The notes under the pieces were generated by a model, which saw nothing but the letters and a program-made list of their open reading frames with translations, was not told the origin of the DNA and searched no databases. The translations under genes were made by a program, and so were the position numbers. From a virus (taxonomy: Duplodnaviria; Caudoviricetes), in IMG/VR virus record IMGVR_UViG_3300020044_003358, positions 1 to 27,989 of that record: a DNA stretch of 27,989 nt; one strand, 5' to 3'. Shown here piece by piece: positions 6,893-15,498 of the stretch. The number at the start of each line of letters is the position of its first letter. Position 1 is the first letter of the stretch.

Positions 6893-8854
6893 TTATCTTC
6901 TACCTTGCTGCGCTGCGCCTGCTCCAACAGAACCCAATAGCACTTGAAGCCCTTTAGCTTGAGCAGGAGATATTGGAACTTTGTTCATTTTATTATATCT
7001 GTCAACAATTGCTTGAAAATTTTGAGGGTTTTGTAAAGCGTCAACAATAATTTCTTGCGATTTATTTTTGGTAAGTATATCAACTGCTGCTAAACCTGCA
7101 TTTATTACAGGCTGTACTGCTTTAGGTGCATTTCTAAACATTTCATAAAGTCTTGATGCTGAGGCTGAATTGTTAGTTGCATTTAATCCAGACCTAACAT
7201 TTTCAATAGCTGACATTGCATTTGCAGCATCATCTAAAAATGACCTACCTTCTGGTGAAAGTATGTCTTTTAACGAAGTTCCTAATTCTTTATATGTGGC
7301 TTCTGAAGCAGCTTTACGCATTTTAAAAGGACTAATGCTTGCCAAAGTTGATCCAGGAATTCTAGGCGCGGTTTTAAATAAATCTAAAACTCCTTGAAAA
7401 GCTTTACCTTCTTCAATAGGCTTTATCTTTTCTATGTAAGTGCTGAGATATTTCTCCCAATTTCCGGCGCTTGCTTCTTTTAACGCTTCATCAATTGCAC
7501 CTTTCAATTCTATTGATGTTACTTTATTAGCTTTAATAGCATTTTTAATTTCATCATTCGGCCCTACAGCACCCCTTAAAACATCATCAATTGTTTTTCT
7601 GGCCGCATAAAGATTGGCAGGATCAACTTTTCTGGCAAATACAGGAACATCAACTGCTAATCCTCCTGCGCCAATAACTGATTTTTTACTTACAGGGCCT
7701 AAAGCAATGTTTTCAATTTCAGATGCCTGTATTTGCGCTGCTGGAGAGCCTAAGCCAGTTTCACCTGGGCGAGTTCTAATATCCGATGTTACACGCGTTA
7801 TGGGCGCTGCAAGTTCAGCAGATGATTTTTCTCTGGCTTTTTCAAAAGCTGTTTTACGCAAAGCTCCAGTTTCAGCGTTTAATAATTCCATTTCTTTAGT
7901 TGCACGCGTTGGATCAAATGCGCGTTCTTGAAGCCCTTTTAATATAGCTTGTTGATTATATATATCTGCTTCAGCTAAAGCAGTTTTACCAAATTTAGTA
8001 CGCACATAATTTTCAAACTCAAGCAATGACCTTTGATCTTCAGGAACCATCATTCCTAAAGTTGGTTTAAGTTCAGGAATATTTTTATATGTGCGAGAAA
8101 GATCAACAGTTTCGGGGATTGATCTTCCAGGAACGTCTGCAAACTTCCCTAAAGTTTGCGCTGCTGCTGTAGGCGCATGGAACATTCCAGCTAAGCCTTC
8201 ATATACTTTTTTTCCTAAATTTACAGCGTGGGGGATTGTATAACCTAAAGCTTCACCGCCAACTTGACCTCCTGCGCCGTACATTGCAGCTTCACCTCTA
8301 TTTTCAGGTTCTGTCGCTGCGCCATAAGCTGCTGCACCTGTTACCCTAGAAAGAAGACCTTTAACCCCTGCTATTGCAGGCATAACTTTACTTAAAGCTA
8401 TTTGGGGAACTATTTGACCAGCCATTTCACCTGCTGCAGCTTGCCAAGGTGCAGCTTCTATATAAGCTTTTGAAGCGGCTAATTCTTCTCGCTCCGCGGG
8501 TGTTAAATCGGTAAACATTCCTTTCAACCCTTTAAACTGTCTTTTTAAAGCTGCATCAACGCCTAATTGAAAATTAGAAGGTTTATCCCTAAGATCAAAA
8601 TCAAGCATAAAAGGAGCTACATCCAATGACTTTCCCGATCCGATAGGAACTTCACGTTTTACAGATGGAATTGCAGCAGGATTTTTAGGGTATCCATATT
8701 GCTCCCACACTTCAGGAGCTGCACTAGGCTCAGGCATTTGTGAAGCTTTCCATTTCGCAGCAGCATTAGCTACCGCTTTCATCATAGCTTCATTTGGTTG
8801 AGTTGCTTTTCTTTGTGCTATTTTTGCGCGTAAATCTTCTATTGTCATGCCCAT
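6893..8854 (-). CDS. Internal virion/DNA ejection protein (third; P22 gp16 position)
   Basis: 653 aa, Ala/Gly/Lys-rich and helical; synteny between the ejection genes and the fibre gene. Confidence 0.7.
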   Translation of the reverse strand: MGMTIEDLRAKIAQRKATQPNEAMMKAVANAAAKWKASQMPEPSAAPEVWEQYGYPKNPAAIPSVKREVPIGSGKSLDVAPFMLDFDLRDKPSNFQLGVDAALKRQFKGLKGMFTDLTPAEREELAASKAYIEAAPWQAAAGEMAGQIVPQIALSKVMPAIAGVKGLLSRVTGAAAYGAATEPENRGEAAMYGAGGQVGGEALGYTIPHAVNLGKKVYEGLAGMFHAPTAAAQTLGKFADVPGRSIPETVDLSRTYKNIPELKPTLGMMVPEDQRSLLEFENYVRTKFGKTALAEADIYNQQAILKGLQERAFDPTRATKEMELLNAETGALRKTAFEKAREKSSAELAAPITRVTSDIRTRPGETGLGSPAAQIQASEIENIALGPVSKKSVIGAGGLAVDVPVFARKVDPANLYAARKTIDDVLRGAVGPNDEIKNAIKANKVTSIELKGAIDEALKEASAGNWEKYLSTYIEKIKPIEEGKAFQGVLDLFKTAPRIPGSTLASISPFKMRKAASEATYKELGTSLKDILSPEGRSFLDDAANAMSAIENVRSGLNATNNSASASRLYEMFRNAPKAVQPVINAGLAAVDILTKNKSQEIIVDALQNPQNFQAIVDRYNKMNKVPISPAQAKGLQVLLGSVGAGAAQQGRR

Positions 8855-8855
8855 T

Positions 8856-10352
8856 TTACTTTACTCCAGTTGAAGTTTTGTTACCTTGCGTCGGGGCGTA
8901 AATTGGATTTCCTTTATTAAGCATTCTGTTATTAAGCATTTCTAATGCATTAGCTTCAGATAAATACCCATTTTCAATGGAATCAAGAATTTGATCTTGA
9001 GATAAGAAATCACCTTTTTGAACAACATACGCTTCTGCATCTCTAATAACTTCCTCCAAAGCTCGAAGTCTATTTACAATAGGTTCATCAGTAGCAGGGT
9101 TAGATATCATTTCTAATCTATTTCTGACATCTATATCTGAAGATGCTCCAGGTGCATAAGGAAGCGATCTTGCCATTTGTTGTTGGATAACTTTTAATGC
9201 TGCTAAAGCATCGCCACCAGGGACTGCAACACCAAAAAATTTACCTAATCTAGCAAGCCCTGATTGAACATCACCTTCAATAGATTCATTAATAAGTTTT
9301 CTTATTGCTTCAGGTTTTGGGCCTCTAAAATAAGTTTCTATGGCTTTTCTATCAGCAGCTTTTTCTTCAGCAGATAAAGTAGCTGTTTTTTCAGCCTCTG
9401 CAATTTTACCTTTTTGCTCGGCTTTTTTAACGCCCATTTGTTCAGGTGTGTTAATTACTACTTGAGGTTGTACTTTAAAATTTTCTTTAGGGCTTAATTT
9501 TATAATTTGAGCCTCCGCAAAAGCTCGATCTTCAGCAGTTGCATCAGGAGCGTTTGCCATATTTTCATAAAAAGTTAATTTCTTACTATTGGCTGGATCG
9601 GCAGGCGTAGCGTTAGCGTCAGGAGGCTGAGTATTTTCAGGGCTTTTAGCGCCTGGAGGCCACATTCCACTAGACCCTGGAATAACAAAAGCGTTTCCAT
9701 TTTCGTCATGCCCAAATGAATTGTAAAAAGTGCTTGGTTGAGGTGCAACCCCTCCTTGAACAAGCCCTTCTTGAGAACCTCGAGCTTTAGCTGCCTCTTG
9801 ATTTAATCGTTGATTATTTGTAAAAACACCCGCTGCATTAGCCATTGATACTACGGATTCGTATGTTGCTTCAGGGTCCATCGATGTATGATGGCTAGGC
9901 GCCCAACCTTCTGCAACTGCTTGAGTTGAAATTTTACTTAACGCAGTTCTTAAATTATAAAGATTTTCAGCGTCTGGAATTTTACCTTTATTAGCTTCAT
10001 AAGCGTTTAAATAAGGCAACGCTGCATTAGCCATTGAAGTTTCTTTTATCCTATCTTCTGCATTTAAAATTTTAGCTGTTTCTGCTTGTTGATGGCGCAT
10101 GCCCATCATAGCTTGTCGCATCTCCAACTGGTTTTTCATTGCAGCTTGAGCATATTCAGGGCTAATAGCGCCTATTGCTTGATACGAAGGTTGAGCTTGT
10201 TGAGCATATAAAGCTTTTAACCCTTCACGCTCTTGTTGCGCTCTACGGGCATTTTGTAAAGCTATAGCGTTAGCTTGCGCATCTTGTCCGGTCTTTAAGG
10301 CGTTAGGATATGCTTCCCATTGCATTTTTAAAATTTCAGTTAAGTCACTCAT
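8856..10352 (-). CDS. Internal virion/DNA ejection protein (second; P22 gp20 position)
   Basis: 498 aa, Ala/Gln-rich coiled coil with a GASSDID-type motif near the C-terminus; synteny. Confidence 0.7.
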   Translation of the reverse strand: MSDLTEILKMQWEAYPNALKTGQDAQANAIALQNARRAQQEREGLKALYAQQAQPSYQAIGAISPEYAQAAMKNQLEMRQAMMGMRHQQAETAKILNAEDRIKETSMANAALPYLNAYEANKGKIPDAENLYNLRTALSKISTQAVAEGWAPSHHTSMDPEATYESVVSMANAAGVFTNNQRLNQEAAKARGSQEGLVQGGVAPQPSTFYNSFGHDENGNAFVIPGSSGMWPPGAKSPENTQPPDANATPADPANSKKLTFYENMANAPDATAEDRAFAEAQIIKLSPKENFKVQPQVVINTPEQMGVKKAEQKGKIAEAEKTATLSAEEKAADRKAIETYFRGPKPEAIRKLINESIEGDVQSGLARLGKFFGVAVPGGDALAALKVIQQQMARSLPYAPGASSDIDVRNRLEMISNPATDEPIVNRLRALEEVIRDAEAYVVQKGDFLSQDQILDSIENGYLSEANALEMLNNRMLNKGNPIYAPTQGNKTSTGVK

Positions 10353-10353
10353 T

Positions 10354-11145
10354 TTAACCCCCTAAACCAGGTTGATAGCCCCAAGATACTTGCGATGAAG
10401 GCGAACCGCCTGGATATGAGCCTATCCCTCCTGATGAACCAATACCGCCTCCACCAAATAAACTACCTAATGACCCTACTGCACTAGCAGCGCCAGTCCA
10501 TCCAGCAGATGCGCCCGCTGCATTTGCAGCGCCTAATGATTGATAAGCTGGGGCCATTGCATTAGCCGCGCCTACACCGATATTACCTAAGCCTAATACA
10601 GAATTTTGACCTAACTTGGTGGGTTCCAAATACATCGTCCCAATTTGTGCTTTCTGACTTAAATCTTGGGTGAATGCTGTGCCATAGGCTTTTTGCGCTC
10701 GTTCCCAAGCCGATTGATATCCTTGAGCAGCTTGACCTTGAGCATAATTGTTCATGGCTTGACCAGCAGCACCAGATAACAAGCCTCCTTTAGCAGCTGC
10801 GCCTTGTTGAACACCTTGCAGGCCTTGTTGCAATTGAAATTGATAGCCTGGCGTTGCTTGCAATTCAGCTAAGTTACTGACCATCGGCGTGTATAAAGGA
10901 CTCTTTTTATAGTCCTCCATACCGTATTGCGATGTTAGATACGGTAGATTAGCTTCATAACCTTTAGCACCTACTTCACCTAAATGTGTGTAAGGTACAA
11001 TATCTTTTTGAGCGTTTTCATAGACTTTCTTAGTCCAAGCTAGTTGTTCTCTCGCAACGGCGGCTGATGCCGCGGCTGCGTCAGATTGCCCTGCTGCGCT
11101 TAGCGCGCCCCCCGCTATTCCTGCTGCTGCTATTCCCCAAGGCAT
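10354..11145 (-). CDS. DNA transfer/ejection protein, P22 gp7-like
   Basis: Gly/Ala-rich N-terminus and PGYQFQLQQGLQGVQQGAAAKGGLLSGAAGQAMNNYAQGQA, typical of gp7-like proteins. Confidence 0.85.
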   Translation of the reverse strand: MPWGIAAAGIAGGALSAAGQSDAAAASAAVAREQLAWTKKVYENAQKDIVPYTHLGEVGAKGYEANLPYLTSQYGMEDYKKSPLYTPMVSNLAELQATPGYQFQLQQGLQGVQQGAAAKGGLLSGAAGQAMNNYAQGQAAQGYQSAWERAQKAYGTAFTQDLSQKAQIGTMYLEPTKLGQNSVLGLGNIGVGAANAMAPAYQSLGAANAAGASAGWTGAASAVGSLGSLFGGGGIGSSGGIGSYPGGSPSSQVSWGYQPGLGG

Positions 11146-11705
11146 GAAAACCTCCTATCTGATTTAATACAGAAAATTAATGTGATCCGGTCAACCGGAG
11201 AATTATTACGCACCCAATGAACGGCTTGGTTATTAAACCAATAGACTTCACCTGGTGGAGATATATGCTCTCCTTCTTCAAAACAGAACGCTTGATCTGG
11301 ATGGCTTTCTAACTGTACGGCATATTTGTCATAATACTTAGCGTGCCAAGTAGTATCAGTATGGGGTTTGCATAATCCACCGGGAGGGATTTTAGAAATT
11401 AAGATTCCTCCTAATTCTTCACCTTTTACCGTAGTCATTAACTGAAATGCTAAATCCTTAATAGCAGGAAGGCTATCTGCTTCTTTATACCAACATGAAC
11501 GGTGTTCGCCATTAAACTTAGCCCAATCACCACCATCATATTCAGTGAGATCGCGAAAACGAACATGGATATCTTCAAATCCATAATGAGGACTAGAAGG
11601 TGTATTAGTCCTAATAGGATTTCTATTCCAAAGCTGAGGATTACGTTTTAACTGTAACAGTATCTGCGTAATATCTACATTAGCAATGGCCATAATATTA
11701 TTCAT
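11130..11705 (-). CDS. 2OG-Fe(II) oxygenase, Asp/Asn beta-hydroxylase (AspH)/proline-hydroxylase-like
   Basis: Intact HxD...H triad and 2OG-binding Arg: KIPPGGLCKPHTD...GEVYWFNNQAVHWVRNNSPVDRITLI. Confidence 0.9.
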   Translation of the reverse strand: MNNIMAIANVDITQILLQLKRNPQLWNRNPIRTNTPSSPHYGFEDIHVRFRDLTEYDGGDWAKFNGEHRSCWYKEADSLPAIKDLAFQLMTTVKGEELGGILISKIPPGGLCKPHTDTTWHAKYYDKYAVQLESHPDQAFCFEEGEHISPPGEVYWFNNQAVHWVRNNSPVDRITLIFCIKSDRRFSCLGE

Positions 11706-12178
11706 ACTATTCCTCTGACACGTTCAATAGCTGCGGTGTTTTGTATATTCATTTGACATAACATTTTATGCCGTTCTTGGTTAAGTTCTTTGCGAAGCAA
11801 ATAATAATATGCTTCTGACATAATTTCGTAATTAAACAAGTCTCTATAAGCTATTCTATACCCTTTAAGTTGAATCATCAAATCAGCCGAATAAGATGGC
11901 ATTGCTTTAAAGCCTAGCTCTGCTATTGATTTATTTATTTCATCAAAAGGACGGTCTATAATTAACTTTTTAGCAGAGTGTAGGTTAAGTTCATCCACTC
12001 TAATAAATGCACTGGTTTCAGCAATCCCTAAAGTTCCGTTATACTCCATCGCATCTAAATCAGTCGTATGGTAATCCATAGCTGATTCATGAATACAAAG
12101 TGAAGTATCAGTTGTCAGCAAGTTAGAAACCCATGCTGTTCCTGATCTAGGAAGCGCTAGAACCATGAAATCGATCAT
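11702..12178 (-). CDS. Sulfotransferase-like P-loop protein
   Basis: N-terminal FMVLALPRSGTAWVSNLL...CIHE matches the sulfotransferase 5'-PSB loop (PRSGT...HE). Short for the family (158 aa). Confidence 0.7.
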   Translation of the reverse strand: MIDFMVLALPRSGTAWVSNLLTTDTSLCIHESAMDYHTTDLDAMEYNGTLGIAETSAFIRVDELNLHSAKKLIIDRPFDEINKSIAELGFKAMPSYSADLMIQLKGYRIAYRDLFNYEIMSEAYYYLLRKELNQERHKMLCQMNIQNTAAIERVRGIV

Positions 12179-15100
12179 AGTTCAACCTTTGTTTTCAATG
12201 CTTCTACATCTGCTTGTAGTTGGACAATGATGGTTTGTTGTTCTTGAATAGATGTCAATGCTTTTTGTAAAGCCATAACTGCAACTGCTAAAACTGACCT
12301 ATCATAATACCCCCAAGGCTTAGTTTTAATAACCTCAACGCCATTTTCATCAAGTTCAGTAAATGTTTCAGGTATTGGTGCAGCTTCAATACCAATAGCT
12401 TCATTGACATTTTGAGCATAAAACCCTAATTGTCTTTCAGCGCCAAAAATAGGCGCTTTTTCTTCATTATAAAACCAATACCCAGGTTTTAATTTTTGTA
12501 GCATTTCATCCGGATTATTAGGCACTCCATCTTTTATTTTCCAAGTTTCATCTGAAACAGAACTAATAACCCCCGCTGCTGAAAATGTAGCTGCCCCTGC
12601 ACCATAAGCCGTCATAGTAACAATACCTGGGGAACTGATGCGCATGCGTTCTGTGCCGTAGTCTACATTTATAGATTGTAATGATGAACCAGTGCTTCCT
12701 GTTCTAAAACTCAAAGCAGTTGGCATTGCAGTTGCGGAAGTAAACGAACCCTCTGAAATACCAACTACAGAAGCGGTATAAAGAAAGTTAGTTTGGTTAT
12801 AAGTAGTCCCCGTTCCCCATTGACCACCAAATGCGTATACTCCTAAACTTACCCCAGTAGCGATTGATGTTCCATCGTTACGTCTAAATCCAGCACCAAA
12901 TCTACCACCAAAGTACCCGTTGCCATCACCCCTACTACCAATAGATTCAATACAAGGCCACGTACCACCAGCACTTGCAGATACGTCATATACTTTAATG
13001 CCAGTACCTGAACCTGCTTGTACAGTCAGTGAAGTTACAGGACTACTAGTCCCAATCCCCACGTTGCCCGAAGCATCTTTATAAATTTGAGATGTGCCTA
13101 TAGCAATTATGCCTGTGCCACCTGTTAATGTACTTGAGTATTCTAAAGTGGTAAATTTGCCTGTATTTGCGGTTGTAGCGCCAACTGATCCATTAATATT
13201 GATTGATGCTGTACCCGTTAAATTAGTAACTGTACCACTTGATGGCGTTCCTAAAGCACCGTTAAATGTTACAAATGCGCCAGCAGAGCCTACATTAGTT
13301 CCAAGTGCAGTTAATACGCCTGTTCCAGTTGTAGTTGTGGCTGGTGCAATTCCAACCCCACCACCAATCATTAACGCATTAGCTGTTAATGCTGCGGAGG
13401 TAGCCCAAGTAGATGCTGAACTAAAATATGGAATACCACCTGAAGTTCCTGCAACAGTAAATGCTGGAGTAGTAGTAGGAGTTGCAACTGTTATTAGTCC
13501 TCCGGTAAATCCTACTGAAGTAACTGTACCTACTGATATTGACCCACCTAAGCTAGTAGAGGTTCCATTAATTGTAATGGCTGAATTGGTCAATCCTGCA
13601 TTAGGTATACCAGTAAAATTTGTGCCTAAAAAAGTAGGTGCTGCTCCACTATTAATACTTTGAGGTAAACTTAATGTAACTGCTCCTGTTGATGCAGACG
13701 CAATAACTTGATTAGCCGTACCTGTAATTGACGTAACGCCATTAGACCCTTGAATACCTGCAACTGATATTGTCCAATTAGCATATGTACCAGAACCGCC
13801 AATAGAATCAACTAATACTGTAATTGTAGTTCCACTAAATGCAGTAACTACACCTTCCATGTAATTAGCAGGTGTAGTGGCGTATGCCACTCTAATTCTA
13901 GTTCCTACAGTAAATGCAGTTGAAATATTAGAGAGATTTGTAGTAAATGTTTTTGATCCTGATGCAATAACTACAGAAGAAACCGAAGTTAAATTGTAAT
14001 ACCCAATTCCAATTTCAGATATTGGTGTTACAGTTACAATAACTCCGGGCGTTTGAGGAACTGTTGGGCTTGATGTAGCTGGCAAAGTTGCAATCAAAAT
14101 ATCAACGTCACTAACAGCCCACATTAATTGTATATAATCCCCTGCGTTTAATGACAGCACATAATTTACAGCTGCAATTAACTCACCTTTAACAGTTGAA
14201 TTCTTTGAAGGTATCCAATAGGTACTATTACTATCAGGTATATCTACTCCATTTAATCGAAACCATACATCTACATTATAATTTTTATTTCCAGTTCCAA
14301 TGTTTTCAAATTGTATGGAATATTGAATATTGTATACGCCAGCATGTGCGACAGTAATTTGATTACTGCTAACTATACTGACCCCATTATTATTTGGATC
14401 AGAAGTACCAATATTAATTGTATATGCTGATGTAATACTAGCAGCAGTTTGATTAGTTGTATCCCAAAATGACCCCCAATACCCTGTCGTCCCAATACCT
14501 GTTGCTACAGTTGCCCAAGTAGGCGTTGTTGAGCCTGTAGAAGTTAAAACTTGACCTGCTGATCCTGCTGCGGTAAATGCGTATTGAGTTCCATTACCGA
14601 CAGCTACTGCACCTGCTGTGGGCGTAGCTGTGCCATTTGTACCGCCATTGGCAATAGGTAGCGTTCCAGTAAAAGTGATATTAGGCGTAGTTCCACCGCT
14701 AGAAGCAATATTTCCGCTTCCGGTAACAGCAGTTACTGTTCCTACAGAAGTTGATCCTCCAAGACTAACAGCAGTTCCATTAATCGTAATTGATGAATTA
14801 GTTAATTGGCTATTAGCAATACTGCCTAAAGTTCCGCCTAAAGTTAGATTACCTGAAGTAGTAACTGTTCCAGTTAAAGTAATTCCATTAACCGAACCTG
14901 TACCTCCTACGGATGTAACTGTACCTGAACCTTTACTATTAAAAGTATTCCAATCAGTCGAAGATAAATAGCCATTTGTACTAACTCCAGATTGGCTGAT
15001 ACTAATTGCAGGAGTATTACCGCCAGATGATGTGATAGGTGCTGTACCTGTTACGGAAGTTACCGTTCCACCTGATCCAGTTGCAGATAAAACACCGCCA

Positions 15101-15498
15101 GCAAAAGTAACTCCAGAACCAATAGCAACTGAACTAAATCCACCGCCGCCATTACCATAAAGAATGGATGTACCAGAAGTCGCAGGAGCAAAATCAATGC
15201 CTGCTATGGCGTTATTAAACCCTCCTGTACCATTACCCTTTAAAATACTGGTTCCAGTTGTAGAAGGGGCATACGTTACCCAAATGACTCCGTTCCAATA
15301 AATCATTTGATCTATGGTGGTATCAAAGTAAGGATACCCTATAAAAAGATTTTGAGTGGGTCTACCTGATGTAGGGCCGCTTGCTACAACTGATTGTAAA
15401 ACGGGTTGTAATTGGCTAAACCATTGCGCCCAAGGCGTTTGCACTCGGTCATTAGCATCAACTAAAGTAGACTGAAATGGAGGCTGAGAAATAGACAT
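12175..15498 (-). CDS. Long tail fibre/needle (gp26 position) with C1q-like domain and C-terminal intramolecular chaperone (peptidase S74)
   Basis: G/T/S-rich GTVTSV repeats; C1q-like block (GSFWDTT...GVYNIQYSIQF...LNAGDYIQLMW); GNVGIGTSSP; SDETWK autocleavage motif followed by a coiled coil. Confidence 0.9.
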   Translation of the reverse strand: MSISQPPFQSTLVDANDRVQTPWAQWFSQLQPVLQSVVASGPTSGRPTQNLFIGYPYFDTTIDQMIYWNGVIWVTYAPSTTGTSILKGNGTGGFNNAIAGIDFAPATSGTSILYGNGGGGFSSVAIGSGVTFAGGVLSATGSGGTVTSVTGTAPITSSGGNTPAISISQSGVSTNGYLSSTDWNTFNSKGSGTVTSVGGTGSVNGITLTGTVTTSGNLTLGGTLGSIANSQLTNSSITINGTAVSLGGSTSVGTVTAVTGSGNIASSGGTTPNITFTGTLPIANGGTNGTATPTAGAVAVGNGTQYAFTAAGSAGQVLTSTGSTTPTWATVATGIGTTGYWGSFWDTTNQTAASITSAYTINIGTSDPNNNGVSIVSSNQITVAHAGVYNIQYSIQFENIGTGNKNYNVDVWFRLNGVDIPDSNSTYWIPSKNSTVKGELIAAVNYVLSLNAGDYIQLMWAVSDVDILIATLPATSSPTVPQTPGVIVTVTPISEIGIGYYNLTSVSSVVIASGSKTFTTNLSNISTAFTVGTRIRVAYATTPANYMEGVVTAFSGTTITVLVDSIGGSGTYANWTISVAGIQGSNGVTSITGTANQVIASASTGAVTLSLPQSINSGAAPTFLGTNFTGIPNAGLTNSAITINGTSTSLGGSISVGTVTSVGFTGGLITVATPTTTPAFTVAGTSGGIPYFSSASTWATSAALTANALMIGGGVGIAPATTTTGTGVLTALGTNVGSAGAFVTFNGALGTPSSGTVTNLTGTASININGSVGATTANTGKFTTLEYSSTLTGGTGIIAIGTSQIYKDASGNVGIGTSSPVTSLTVQAGSGTGIKVYDVSASAGGTWPCIESIGSRGDGNGYFGGRFGAGFRRNDGTSIATGVSLGVYAFGGQWGTGTTYNQTNFLYTASVVGISEGSFTSATAMPTALSFRTGSTGSSLQSINVDYGTERMRISSPGIVTMTAYGAGAATFSAAGVISSVSDETWKIKDGVPNNPDEMLQKLKPGYWFYNEEKAPIFGAERQLGFYAQNVNEAIGIEAAPIPETFTELDENGVEVIKTKPWGYYDRSVLAVAVMALQKALTSIQEQQTIIVQLQADVEALKTKVEL

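Noticed and set aside
7170-7931. + strand ORFs within the 653-aa ejection gene
   Set aside because: Antisense shadows with no supporting signals.
13094-14971. Long + strand ORFs (13094-13663, 14618-14971) antisense to the fibre gene
   Set aside because: V/P/A-rich mirror translations expected from G/T/S/A-rich sense codons; no SD or independent motifs.
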